A DNA stretch of 45,551 nucleotides, filler included, from Jimgerdemannia flammicorona (Eukaryota), in NCBI GenBank assembly GCA_003990765.1. It is 2 parts of 2 records of this genome, joined end to end, with 100 filler letters (N's around TTAATTAATTAA, not from the genome) between each part and the next. Parts side by side here need not be neighbours in the genome. Positions count along the whole stretch, not along the records: positions 1 to 22,726 come from RBNJ01001214.1; 1 more part is not named here. The stretch is one strand, 5' to 3'. The number at the start of each line of letters is the position of its first letter. The stretch's first letter is position 1. Below, in pieces: positions 1 to 12,298 of the stretch. The notes beneath the pieces were generated by a model that made no database searches, was not told the origin of the DNA, and saw nothing but the letters and a program-made list of their open reading frames with translations. Made by a program: the position numbers and the translations under genes.

Positions 1-261
1 AAGATACTGGGTTATTTATACAAGTTTGCTAGCTATGAGAGGGTGGCTAAGTAATAAATGAGTCATTTGGACTTTGTCGAAACATTTAGACAATGTCTAA
101 ATGCTATGCTAAATTGGGGTATTCGATTTGGATAATGTCTAAGAAATTAGACAATGTCGAAATCGAGGACTGCTAACTATAAGGCTATACTACTTTGGGA
201 ATGGGTGCGATCAAGTGTCTATTCCCTATTTCCTTCTTCCAAATTCGGCTGTACCATCACA
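1..261 (-). mobile_element. LTR of a Ty3/Gypsy-like retrotransposon (young copy, runs off the window edge)
   Basis: Minus strand begins TGTGATGG at 261. 136-261 is the reverse complement of 22601-22726 with one mismatch. 1-36 matches, in reverse complement, ~41225-41260 inside the decayed LTR downstream of the Gypsy integrase. Confidence 0.75.
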
Positions 262-387
262 ATATACATATATAAAGAAAAGAGAGAGAAAATGGCTAAA
301 AAACTAAAATTAAATTTCTTTCTTAATGTTCTACACCAAATTGTTTGCTCAGCTTCTGAATTGGCCGAGAATGGGCGTTTTACAAAT

Positions 388-873
388 TTAAATGTCGTGA
401 AATTGAAGGTGAAAGCGAACCAAGTGCATTTCGGGCGCCTCCGAAGACAAGTCCATCGATACGTCCAGACTCACCAGGCCCCTATTTACCGTTGTCGCAA
501 GTTCCACCTTGAATTTTTCGAATTGCTCCTCGACCTGCTTGAAACGCTCCTCGAGGAACTCCAAAAATATTCGCCAGTCCAGGCGTTTGCAGGCAGATTG
601 GAGCTCCCTGAACAGATTCGGACTGTGCGCTGGGACATCTGTCGTGACCGCCATGAGCTTCTCCGGCCTTGATATCAGGAATCGTAATTCAAGCACGATG
701 CTTTCTCCGCATGTTTGGTTCGTTCTTTGGACATGGTCGTAGGTCGTCTGAATGGCGTGTGCTATGTGCACACCGTACAACTCCATCATAGGGCTAAAGT
801 GGGATATCTCATCGTTAGGATGTACGCGGGACTGTCGATTTGTGGCACGACGGCAACGGGATATGATGTTCAT
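388..873 (-). CDS. Unknown small-protein family, divergent copy (161 aa, MNIISRCRR...EAPEMHLVRFHLQFHDI)
   Basis: Aligns by eye with the other copies (SPMMELYGV, VLELRF, CxRLDWxIF, ERF, VNRG, PEMxLxRFxLQF). Start placed at ATG 873 rather than 936 because a minus-strand TATA box lies at ~914-921. Lacks Gly2. Confidence 0.75.
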   Translation of the reverse strand: MNIISRCRRATNRQSRVHPNDEISHFSPMMELYGVHIAHAIQTTYDHVQRTNQTCGESIVLELRFLISRPEKLMAVTTDVPAHSPNLFRELQSACKRLDWRIFLEFLEERFKQVEEQFEKFKVELATTVNRGLVSLDVSMDLSSEAPEMHLVRFHLQFHDI

Positions 874-2129
874 GTTGGATTGGCGATGAATAGGACGAAG
901 GTGATTCAAAGGGTTTATATAATCTGAATCTAGCACACCTTGTGGACCATGACCTAGTCGTCTTAAATGTCAGTTTTCAAAATGGCTGTTTGTTTACCTC
1001 TCACATTACACAGACCCCTTCTACCATGGTATAGAGTTTCTATGCGAATAATTCTGGAAACCTTCCAACAAGGTTCAGACGCTGCGCGATTCAAGATATC
1101 CGAATGTGGCCCATTTTCTTAAAGCTCTACCAATGGAAATAGTTGTCGTGTTCTGGCTTTGCCAGACATTTTTGAGGAATTGGCCCCATTTCCGTTTTAT
1201 TAATGGCGTCCGCTTGGAATGTTATCGTATTACATGAACGGCGACGCTGGTCCTCTGGAGTGCGATTACTTGATGGTCAGTGGCAAGCTTCGCTCAGTTC
1301 ACGCGCAGCGTCATTGGGATATAATTGACATTTGCAATAGTTGCATTTTATATGCTCCTTTGGAAGGAAAATAAAGAATCTTCCGGTCTTTAAACCCAGT
1401 TTAAACAATCCTACTCAAAACTATCAACGCTTCTACGGAAAGAATTTTCTCGATCACAGGTTGTTTGGTGTGATCAAATCTCTCGGAGTGGATTTGCAAG
1501 CGGTATACTATTTTTGTAAAATGAAATAAAAAAGGACACAAATAACAAACATTAAATCTTCTCGAACCGGAGTTAGAGAACCACTAAAAGCATTCTTTTC
1601 TACTCTCACATGTTGATGTTGTGTCAGATGATTTACGCCCTGACGTGTGGTCTCTCATCTGAGTAGGTCTCTTTCTCATTCGGGTAATAGAACATTCCGT
1701 CACACCCATCACGATCGATTATCCCTTCCTAATCCTGACATCGTCCGTTCTCCGAAAAAAATTATTACCTTTGTGTTATCCTGTAATTAAGTGTGCACTG
1801 ACACGGCACCAAGAACCCGGTATAAACGACGTGCACGTTCCAAAGGGAGTAGCACAATTAATCATCAGTGAAGGGAGGGTCATCTAAAAAATCCGAACGC
1901 AGGCACTCTGGGAGCCCACTCATACAAAATTCCGGAAAGGTCAGAAATAAACCATGTAGCCACAAAGGCCATCGCGTATCATGGACTCTCGTTTGAATGT
2001 TTTTTGACACGCCAAGGGGAGAGCCAGCATAGGTCCTATTGGGCGTCATTCACACAAACAACCTAAATAAGGCCGAGGGTGGCTTTTGCGTGAAATTGGC
2101 CCGAACCCCCCCGCGACACCGTGTCTTGT

Positions 2130-2830
2130 CTCATACCTTTTTCTCATCTCACTTTCGCCGACCAGTAAACACCTGAGGATTTAAAACCGTCAACCCATTC
2201 ATGGAACCAAACCAAAATTGGGTTTGCTTGACTGCAAGGTATTTAGCTTGTGTAGTAATTTTGGTTGGGATCCGGCACACAGAAGGATATGCGTTGCATC
2301 GAAATGATGGTGTGCATAAAGGAGAGACGTGGTGGTGCTCGAGACAGCGGAGCCAGTGTCGAGCGCGGAATGCTCTACGGTTAGGGAAAGACACCTTTGC
2401 TGTCCCGCACGTTAAACATTCTATCCCTTGTTGAAATTTACAGACCTTTCGAGAAAAATGCGTCGTCACGAAGCAAGTAGGCTGTTGCCTGCGAATGAGG
2501 ACCATATGGTACTTCATTTCATTTCCTTGGTATCCTTATTGTTCAGGATGTTGGCGGTGAAATTCTCAATGCCTTTGCAAAGTGAACTAGATTGATGCTC
2601 CTGTCCATTAGCGAACTCGCCACCTTCCTTGACCTCACGACACTTTGTCACCAAAGAAGATATTGGTATCGTATTTCGGATCGGTGACCGACACCCTCAT
2701 TATCGACGTGGTGGGGCCAGCACTTTGGCGCAAACCATCTCCGCTCGAAGGGACCGAAGCCTCTTTCCACTCGTTCATGGGAGACAATGACTCTCCCTTC
2801 TGCCAGCACCAACATACTGCTAGCTTGCGG
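2130..2830. repeat. Co-duplicated segment X, copy 1 (possible gene relic)
   Basis: Same sequence recurs at ~10360-10970 and ~16515-17160 (e.g. ggcggtgaaattctcaatgccttt, ccatctccgctcgaagggaccga). No continuous ORF in any copy. Confidence 0.7.
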
Positions 2831-4189
2831 CCCATTTGTGATTACATCTGCAGGAAGGTCTATTCGGTTAGGGGAGAGGATAAATCAGAGGGACCCGACA
2901 GCCTCGCTCAAGGACGGAATGATTTGGATCTATGGAACAGCTCCGTAAATCATGGGTAGGCCTCCTATCGATATTCTTGAATTATTTGTAGAATATGTTT
3001 CAATGTGGTTTTCTGTTGTCACCTACTATTACACAACAGGGCCCATTGTGATAATAGTTGCCATTTGCTGCATCGTAGGGGAAACGCGAATTGTGAGTTT
3101 GTATTTAAGGCGGACGCGAAATCCCATCTATCACATACGATTGATGATCAATATATGCTCGTTCATCGAATCAATGGGGAAGGAGATTACATTTCGCCAT
3201 ATTCCGGAACTTCTGTCGATTATCAGTGAGTCGAATATCTTTGTAATTTATTTATTTTATTTTTGTTGATATTTTTAGTTAGAAATAAAACCTGACTCCT
3301 TTACTTTTCCATCACGAAGAGAATCGCGCCATCAAGGCGTATGGGACGAACATGAGAAAGACCTCGACAGCGTATCGCTCATTGACTTTGCTCGAACATG
3401 ACAATGCGCGACATTCTGTATCCTCGTCATTCGATTAACTCGCCATTCAAGAGGGACCGTTACAGCTCGCCGGCGCAGTCCTCATCTCATGTGATTTCTC
3501 TCACTGTACCATAGCAATACACTGTACCATAGCAATATATATATAACTACATCCCTCGTTTATAGTATTTAATAGAGGGTTAGGTAATAATTTTGAGAAA
3601 GTTTCGTCGATCGTGGTTAGGGCTCCGAACGGAACGAAATTTGTCCTTGTCGTACATTATGACATTACCTCCCAATCACGTGTAGTGAGGACTGGACCAA
3701 TAAAATAAAAAACATGGACCAATATAGATCAGCTAATAATATATCGTGTGTGGTGTGGTCAGTCTCGTGTGCCATCCCAGCGTCTGAATCGCGCATACCG
3801 AGGAAAGACGAATGGAGTAAGTGGCTTTAACCTTCAAGTGAATCCATGTGAAGGCTGAATGAAGGCAGTTGTGGAGGCATGGGTGTCAAAAGACAGGGCT
3901 GTGCGTAACAGCATATTATGGACAGGCATTCGAATTGTCAGATGGTGACGAGTCAAAGTATTCAACGAGATGTTTTGTATCAGCCATAATTATATAAGCA
4001 TGTATCAAAGTCAGCTTGGATGATTTGTAGATATTCAAGCCGCAGTATATAAACCCTATGCCTGAATGCTCGGGCCTTTTTTTTTTTTTCCAGTCACAGA
4101 AATTCACCATTGTGTTGATTAATCAAATATGGCGTTTTTGTGGTTGGCATAATCCGGCGGAGATGTCATTACATAAGGGTTTTTCCCAC

Positions 4190-4620
4190 CGCGGACGTGC
4201 ACGTTCCAACGACAGTTTTATGCAACAACATAAGGGTCATACCGCAGCCCATTCGTAAAAAAATTTGGGAAAAAAACCACGTAGCCACAACGTATGTATG
4301 TACATCGCATATTATACGGTTTCGAGAACTTTTTTTTTTTTTTAAAATAATAACACGCCAGAAAGGGGTGGCTTTAGAAACAATGACAGGCACCATGACG
4401 CATAACTGACTGTCATTGTTAATTCTTTGGAGTTTTGAGAGTGTGCTTCGTCAGCATATAGAGTATAGTTGACGACAGGGCCGAGAGGGAAAATTCCGTA
4501 TCCCATTGTCCCCAAGGCCTCTGTATCTTTGTGTATCACACACATCTCATACCCTTTTTCTCGTCTCACTTTTAACGATCAGCAAACACCTGAGGAATGA
4601 AAACCGTCAACCCCCTCCAA
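4190..4620. repeat. Diverged local duplication of ~1825-2200
   Basis: Shared blocks gacgtgcacgttccaa and ...aaacacctgagga..aaaaccgtcaaccc in the same order. Confidence 0.6.
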
Positions 4621-4935
4621 CGGAACCAATAAATCTTTATCCATTCTACCATGGTATTGAGACGGAATGCGGTCTAAATCTCCGCATAATGGGATCAGTT
4701 ATCGTGTTCGATCCCGAACCTGTGATATATTTATAGTATGATTTCCGGGGATATATTGGTTTCGGTTTCATTTATTGATGCGTCCGTTTAGAAAGTTGCT
4801 ATCCTGTGGGGACTGGCTCTTTTACATTACTTTGGGAAGGAGAATATGGATAGCCATTTGCAAGCTTCGGAATATAAATAGCAAATTACCGTTAAAAAAT
4901 GGCTACGTCTTATTGGAATAGTTCTGTACGATCTG

Positions 4936-4972
<37 letters not shown>

Positions 4973-5789
4973 GGGTGGGTATCTTGCAGTCTTTACTCAA
5001 TTACGTGCACCTGTATAACCTCAACTCCATCTTCAACCGTAAAACTGGTCACTGTCACGACGGCCGGCACTTTTCGATGACGTGCTTCACATTTGTATAT
5101 GTGGCATCGGTCTGACAATTTCGGTGGAGCCGGTGATCTATGTAAGTATCCATTCCGGCTAGCGGCGTTCTGATATGCCGATCGTCTTTCGGGGAAACCC
5201 GAACGAAACGAGGCAGTCTAATTGTTTGTGCTCTTGCTCTGATTAGCGGATCACTGAAAACGCTTTCAGTGTTTGGAGTTAGAAGGGGCTTGCTATAATG
5301 TGATGTGAATCTCCGATATCGATGTGTTGATTGTCAAAAAAATAAAAAAAAATAAAATAAAATAAAAAGGGGGGGCAAGTCTCGCATAAATGTATATATG
5401 AAAATTTACGACCACGAGGTCACTCACGAACCCTATAAGAGTTCGATGCCCCCTTGTGTAATGACATTGGCTGGAAATCTTGAGTTTGGCAATTCTCACT
5501 GGCTCAAGGACAAAAGTGAGTCAAGGATGCATTCGTACAACCATTTGGAACTCTTCTTCCGAGAGTGGTATTTTAAACAAGCACCGTGTTACTTAATCCA
5601 ACCAAAACAACCGCAGCACTTACACCCGACACAATGTTTTCCGCAGAACCTCCAATACCCGCCATTCCTAACGAGGAGAGCTGTTTCTGCTCCTTCGATA
5701 AGGTGAAAGTCGTCAAGGATCTAGGAAAATTCCTTGAGAAGGCACGATAATAGCAGCAACTGGCCAGAAGAGGCATCCCATATGATGGA

Positions 5790-6076
5790 ATTAATTATAG
5801 ACCTCCAGTTCAGACTGGCTGAGGGCGCGTGTCTTCGAATTAGTGACTCTTATGTCCACAGCCACGGTTGCCACCAGCTTCTCGGGATCTGAGTTCCGGA
5901 ACCGCAATTCAAGCACCACAAAGCTGCTCCAGCGTTTTCAGTTCTTCGTTAGGACGTAGTCGTAGATCATCCGATGAAGTGCACTATTTTACAGCTCCAC
6001 CATAGGACTACAGCAGGATACTACACCTTTGGGAGGTACGCGAGACTACACATCAGCGCGAGGATATGTTGTCCAT
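5790..6076 (-). pseudogene. Small-protein family pseudogene (MDNISSR..., frameshifted, 3' truncated)
   Basis: Fragments equivalent to HFIxMIYDYVLTKN*KRWSSFVVLELRFRNSDPEKLVATVA, with stops and frameshifts. Head-to-head with the 6462 copy. 3' limit approximate. Confidence 0.75.
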
Positions 6077-6334
6077 GTTGGACTGACTGAAGGCGTTGGA
6101 AATGAATGGAATTCAGATCTGATGGGAAGGGGTTTGTATAGTTGTATCGGTCATTTTTAGTTGTGAAACAGCATTATACGTAATAAAATAATAAAATATT
6201 CAATGGACGTGGTCGAGGAGAAGGCGGGCAATGGCTTCCGATTGGTGCGACCTTTTTTTCGGATCCGCATATGCATGATAAATGCGACTGTTAATTGGTC
6301 TTGGTGGACGACAGATGACAGACCTTAACAGATA

Positions 6335-6430
6335 ACGGAGCCGCGAGGCTGCAGGGCGGGTCCGCGGGACCGCCGACTACGGGACAGACGGACAGACCAG
6401 TGGTTCGGATACCCCAGCGCCTATATAAGC
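6335..6430 (+). promoter_or_regulatory. Putative promoter: GC-rich GGACCGC-like repeats plus TATA box
   Basis: TATATAA at ~6422-6428, ~40 nt before ATG 6462. Same layout upstream of 12299 and 18324. Confidence 0.5.
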
Positions 6431-6461
6431 CACTTCATTCCAACACTTTCAGACATTCAAA

Positions 6462-6989
6462 ATGGGCAACGTATTTTCTTACCGACGTGTCTCAAAACAT
6501 CTATCCCACAAACGTACTGAAGATGATTTATCCTACTCTAGTCCTATGATGGAGATGTACGGTGTGTTCATAGTGCGCTTCATCCAGATGCTCCACGACC
6601 ATATTCTAGCGAAAAACCGAAAACGCTGGGGCAACGTCGTGGTGCTTGACTTGCGATTCCCGAACTCAGATCCAAGTAAACTGGTGGCGGCTACGGCAAA
6701 GAACCCCGCGGACAGTAGGAGTCCCAAAGAGATGTTAAAAAATCTCAAAGCCACGGAGCGCATGGCCTGCGACGATCTGGACTGGGCAACCTTCTGGGAC
6801 TTTATCGATGAACGATTCAACGATGTGGAAAAGTTCAACCGATTCATACTGTGGCTAGAGGCAAGAGTGAATAGGGGCCAGCTCAGGGTGGATCATATCA
6901 TTACAAAGGTGCATCCCTCAGTCTATTGGCCTTCGAAGGATCCAGAAATGCGCTTGTTGCGCTTTCAGCTCCAATTTAACAAGTTCTAA
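6462..6989 (+). CDS. Unknown small-protein family, subtype A (175 aa, MGNVFS...)
   Basis: Intact single-exon ORF with upstream TATA and AAAATG context. Closely similar paralogues at 12299 and 18324. Confidence 0.85.
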   Translation: MGNVFSYRRVSKHLSHKRTEDDLSYSSPMMEMYGVFIVRFIQMLHDHILAKNRKRWGNVVVLDLRFPNSDPSKLVAATAKNPADSRSPKEMLKNLKATERMACDDLDWATFWDFIDERFNDVEKFNRFILWLEARVNRGQLRVDHIITKVHPSVYWPSKDPEMRLLRFQLQFNKF

Positions 6990-7102
6990 TAGAATTTTCC
7001 CAGACTTTATTTACTCTTATTTCCTTATTTTTATTTTCAATTTGCTAAGAATTGCTAATATGAACTATGTAAAATATCATTCAATGTCTTAATTGCAAGG
7101 AG

Positions 7103-9240
7103 CGAGATGTAGTGCACAAAGCTATAGAGGCTTCGAGGCGCCTTCGTGATTACGCAAATTCTATTGTGACTTACCAAGAGACGAAGAATTACTTGCGCGA
7201 TTTACGAATTTCACCTTGTAACGGACTAGGAAGTTCCACAGAAAATGATCGCTAGGAGCGGTGGATGGTGTACGGTCTGAAATTATTGGATCTAGGACGA
7301 CGGGTTTGTTAAGAAATTTACTGAGTAAAGCGTCTTAGAGCCACCGTGGGAGCCTGAAAAGCGACCTATCGTGCGGATTCTTTGGATGCATTGTTTCTTG
7401 AATACACATCGCTTTGATATTCCAAAACTGCCCTTTATTACACTCACTGAAATTCTATCTAAAATAAGTCGTAGAACCCCTGAATCGTCGTTCCACAAGC
7501 TGTGACCCACCTCAGCCACCTCAGGTGAGGGACGCATTGACGTTGACCTCCAATAGAATCTTGAGCCGTGGCGCTGGCTCTCTTGACGGCGTGTCGAAAC
7601 CTTGAAGGGAAAAAAAAAAAGATCACTCATTCAAAAGAATCGCCAGAGCGTTCGATGTATGTCTGTTGACCTTTGTGGCTGCGAGGGTTTTTTCTCGCCC
7701 TTTCCGAAATTTTTGTTACGATGGGCTCCCAGAGTGCCTGCATTAGGGTTCTACGTTGTTGGGCTTTATAGTATGGTTCCATGGCCGTCTCTCCTTCACC
7801 AATGGATGTCTACTAAAAAATATACAACTTACTAATCCCTTTGGCCAAACCTGACAACCCGTCATCACGACAAAAAATGTAAAAAGATATTCTTTTCAGA
7901 GAAACGCTGATCGTTACTGTCGGTTGTGTCGGTGACCAATTTTCATGTAGAGGATGTAGCGGAGTAGGGTCGTTTAAAACAATTTTCCGAAGACTGCAAG
8001 ATTCTTTGTTTTCCTTCCTACAGAGCGTACAAAAGGCAGTTACTGCAGACGATGATAGAGATGAGAGACAGGCATACATTACATCGTTATGTTCCTCTGT
8101 CCGTTGGTTCATCATTTCAGGGGCTTCCATTGGTAGAGTTTTATGACCGCATTCGGATCGCGCAGCGACTGAGCCTCCGTTTGTGGCTGAAGGTTTCTAT
8201 AAATTATATCTTTCGTCATCAGCAATTACTGGTTCGGAAACTTGATACCATTCAAGTAGACAGGATGGATCTGTGCAATCTGAGAGGTGAACTAACAACC
8301 ATTTTGAAAATTAACGTTTGAGATGATGATCGCAGTGACATGTATAGATCAGAAATTGGAAGTCGTGATACTTATATAAACTCTGGAAAGAACTTCATTC
8401 CATACTTCTAAAACTTCCAGCCAATGCAAGATGGGCACCATATTCTCTCTCTCTCGTCATCGTGCCTCAATTCGACAGTCCCGTGCACTTCCAAACAGTG
8501 TCCTGCCTTAGCTCAATGATGGAGACGGAGTGTACGGTGTGTTCATAGCGCACTTCATCCAGATGACCTACGACCACGTCCTAACGAAGAGCCAAAACGC
8601 GGCAACTTCATGCTTGAATTACGATTCCCGAAATCAAAACCGGAGAAGTTGGTAGCGGCTACGGTAGAGGTCTCCGCGCACAGCAGAAGTCGAAAGAATA
8701 TGTTGAAAAAGCTTAAACACATGGAGCGCAGCGCCTGCGAACGCCTGGACTGGGTAATCCTTTGGGACTTTCTCGAGGAGCGACTTACCCAAGTTAAAGA
8801 AGGGTTTGAAAGATTTAAGTCGGAGCTTGGATAGGGGCCGGATCAGTGTGGATATCTCGATGGACTGTTCTTCGGAGGACCCCGAAATGCGCTTGCTTCG
8901 ATTTCAACAGACATTTTGGGTGTGGAATTTGCGTTCTCGGTCAATTTAGATGCCCTGTTTCTAGAACATATAAATTTTCTTTTCCACAATGTAAATGAAA
9001 AATCCAAGATAGACAAATTAGTATATAGCAGCAATGAAAACATTTAGTATTAGACTCATGCCTATAATTTTTTTTTTCATTTTTATTTTATTTTATTTTA
9101 TTTTCATTAAAAAAAAAAGAAAAGTTCATATCCACTTTTATTTATTTGTCTATAATGATTTCTTTCAAATAAATCCTGAATTTTGTATAAATATATTTCA
9201 AATTCAAAGATATATGTGCTTCAAAGTTAAGGCATGAACC
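7103..9240. repeat. Inverted segmental duplication, arm 1 (partner ~14109-16515)
   Basis: gagatgtagtgcacaaagctatagaggcttcg (~7105) is the reverse complement of ~16485-16515. Colinear inverted matches continue through the 8431/14922 gene pair to ~9240/14109. Confidence 0.8.
8431..8910 (+). pseudogene. Small-protein family subtype B pseudogene (MGTIFS...)
   Basis: Copy of the 14922/20913 genes with several frameshifting indels. ORF 8610-8834 preserves the central part (LELRFPKSKPEKLVAATVEVSAH...ERLDW). Confidence 0.85.
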
Positions 9241-9439
9241 TTGGATTACAGTTTGCCGTTTTTGTGGTTGTGCGGGAAATTTTTCAATTTCTACAATACC
9301 GGGATCTGGCATGCCAAAGTCGTACAAACATAAATTCGTCTTCATAATACATTTTGGTTTCTTTTCAATTTTATGTTTTGTTTTCAATCCACCTTTGTGA
9401 TATTAAACCCTCTTTTTTCCCTATAGTTCGTGAGACCCA

Positions 9440-9493
<54 letters not shown>

Positions 9494-10080
9494 TGTGTCA
9501 ATCAACAGAGATTCACATCGCATTATAGCTACCCTCTGCTTTTAACCCCCAAAATCCGCGACATAGCGCTGAGAAATGAGCGTCATTGTTATCACGCAGA
9601 TGGCCAAACTGTTAGCCAGCCTCACATAGTTGACAGTCAACGAAATAGCGGACCGTTCACATTTTCTGCAAGCCTATCGGAAGCATTTGTTTTGAACGCA
9701 TCATTGCGCGGTTTCGATGGCGATTTGTTTGGTCGTTTAATGTTGGTTTTCGACAAAGATTCAATAATCAAACTGAGACGGGTTGGCAACGCAGACTCAA
9801 TATCGTCTCTGTATATTTTACAACAACCAAATGTAAAATTGTCAACACAAATGATCGACCTCCCAGAATGCCGCGAATTCATTTGATAAAAGTAACATTT
9901 CTATAGCACATGACGCTCACGTTACACGGGGTTGATCGGTGAAATGAAAATCAACAACAGACACACGGACACCTCAAACGTATACTTTTGCCTTACTGGA
10001 ATCCAACAAAATCGAGGGATGCAGAGGTCAACGGTGCCCGAACTCGTAATTTCCATAGGCAGTTCGCGTCTCGAGTAACA
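9241..10080. repeat. Co-duplicated segment Y, copy 1 (possible gene relic next to a poly-T tract)
   Basis: Direct copies at ~13265-14100 and ~19255-20085. The poly-T at the homologous position (9442-9492, ~13511, ~19484) varies in length. Confidence 0.75.
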
Positions 10081-10982
10081 AAAGTAGATGGTTAAATTGG
10101 AGAAACCTGTGTATATTCGATACGACCCCAGCCAAAAGTGATTTGTTCACAAGCTAACTTCAGTATTCCCCATTTGGAATGGAGCTCTCAAAGTTCATGC
10201 TTTGTATATACACATCATTGGTGATCACGAGAAAATTATTCTTTTCAGAAAAGCTCTGGTCATTGCTGTTGGTCCTGTTGGTGATCAATTTTCTGGTTGA
10301 ACATGGAACTAAAGATGCATGCGTAATAGAGAAAGCAATTTTCCAACAGAGCAGCATATGGAAAACGCATAAAATTTGGCCAAATCAAAGGCCGGAGCGA
10401 AACCACTGGACGTCGAGTTTACTTGAGTAAAGATTTGTAGCTTGTGTAGTGATTTTCTTTGGGATCCGCCACACAGAAGGATATGCGTTGTATCGAAATG
10501 ATTGTGTGCTTGAGATGGCGGAGCCAGTGTCGAGCGCGGAATGTTCCGCGGTAAGGGAATGACACCTTTGCTGACCCGCACGTCAAACATTCTATCCCTT
10601 GTTAAACTTGTACAGACCTTTCGAGAAAAATGCGTCGTCACGAAGCAAATAGGCTGCTGCTGTCTGCGGAATGAGGACTATATGGTTCATTATTGTATCC
10701 TCGTTATTCAGGATGTCGGCGGTGAAATTCTCAATGCCTTTATAAAGTGAACTAAATTGATTCTCCCGTCTATTAATGAACTCGCCACCTTCCTCGATCA
10801 GTATCTCCATGACGACACTTTGTCACCAATATATGCTAGAAGATATTGGCATTTCATTTCAGATTGTTGACCGACACCCTTGTTGCGGCCAGCACTCCGG
10901 TGCAAAACCATCTCCGCTCGAAGGGACCGAGGCCTCTCCACTCTTTCATGAGAGACAATGCCCCCCGCCCCCTGCCCCCCCC

Positions 10983-11377
10983 CTACGAACTTCTGAGCCG
11001 GCCCCTAATCATCTTGGTCACTAGCTCTAGATTGAATCTCTCCAATTCCCCCACCACCTGGTAAAATCGCTCTTCAACAAATTCCTGCGCTCCACGGATT
11101 TGAGATTTTTTAACATCTTCTGGCGACGCCTACTGTCCGCGGAGGCCTCGGCCGTGGCTGCCACCAGTTTCTCTGGCTCCGGGTTTTGGAACCACAATTT
11201 AAGCACCACGAAGTTGCCCCAGCGTTTTCGGTTCTTCATTAGGACATGGTCATGGATCATCAGGACGAAGTGCACTACGAACACATTGTACATAGGGCTA
11301 CAGCGGGATACTGCACCTTCGGGAGGTGCGCGGGACTAAGGTTTGGGAACACATCAGCGCGAGAATATGTTGCCCAT
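10983..11377 (-). pseudogene. Small-protein family subtype C pseudogene (MGNIFSR...)
   Basis: ORF 11027-11293 (HFVLMIHDHVLMKNRKRWGNFVVLKLWFQNPEPEKLVAATAE) is homologous to the family. Frameshifts near the start and after VERR; C-terminus missing. Confidence 0.85.
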
Positions 11378-12164
11378 GTTAGTTGGAAATGAATGGAATT
11401 CAGATCTGACGGAGAGGAGCATGAGACACAATTCAAATAGACGTAAACAAATAGCTATCCATAATTATTGGTTGAAATATGTGAGGTTTTTATTATAATT
11501 AAATAAGATGTTACTATAAATTGCTAATATATTCCTAAATTGATGTACATTGATATTGAGACGTATTTTGTACCGTGACCACCTATGTTCGTCTCGTTCG
11601 TCTTGTATATATATTCAGAAAGACATTTTGAATTTAAGATTTGCTTGTGTTGGAGAAGGGTCGCCAACAATAAATATGTGCATAGACATAGTGAGACGAT
11701 GCGTTTGTTTTAATTAATTTTGCTATGTACATTGTCGCATGTATTGTCGCATGCATGTTGCATGCTTAGTATCTAGTGACTATTTTTTCTTTTTTAATAT
11801 TGTACAATTATATGTCGTAATCTTTTTATTTGATAAATATTATAAGTTTTGTGTCTCATAATAGTTGGATCGGTCGTTTTTAGTCTGTGAAACAGCGCTA
11901 TATGTAATGGAGCAACCGAGAACGGAGGGCAATGATTGTATGCTGGCTCATCTAAACTGTCGGTATGCATGACTTCGAGTTTGTGATTGGTGTTGGGATG
12001 TGCGAATTGCGATGTGGCCTTTTGTTTTTCGGATCTGCACATACTTAATTATATCAAATTAAAAATGTCCTTATTTTTTGTTGATAAATGTGGCTGTTAA
12101 TCAGACGTGGTGGCGTAGGGATTCGTAGTGGCGTAGGGGATGGCAGGTGACGTCTAAAAAGGTT

Positions 12165-12268
12165 ACGGGACCGCAAGACCATAGGACCGCGGAACCGTGA
12201 GACCGCGGGACCGCAGGACCGCAAGACAGACATAACTCGGTTCGCCACCCCGGCCCACCTATATATGC
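12165..12268 (+). promoter_or_regulatory. Putative promoter: tandem 8-bp GGACCGCR-like repeats plus TATA box
   Basis: gggaccgcaagaccataggaccgcggaaccgtgagaccgcgggaccgcaggaccgcaagac, then TATATA at ~12260. Confidence 0.5.
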
Positions 12269-12298
12269 AACCATTCCAACGCCTTCAGCCAGTTCAAA

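Noticed and set aside
154..672. 172-aa plus-strand ORF and similar antisense ORFs (6533, 12373, 14425, 14504, 18398, 20425)
   Set aside because: Shadows of the family genes on the opposite strand; ORF 154 also starts inside an LTR.
2645..3269. Two ~105-aa ORFs
   Set aside because: The first overlaps relic segment X; neither has a recognisable motif or paralogous support as an ORF.
3502..3537. Perfect 18-bp tandem duplication (CACTGTACCATAGCAATA x2)
   Set aside because: Could be slippage or an excision footprint; nothing further supports a function.
5170..5215. Hammerhead ribozyme (CTGAT...GAAAC)
   Set aside because: The core reads CTGATAT rather than CTGANGA, and the three-stem junction cannot be drawn.
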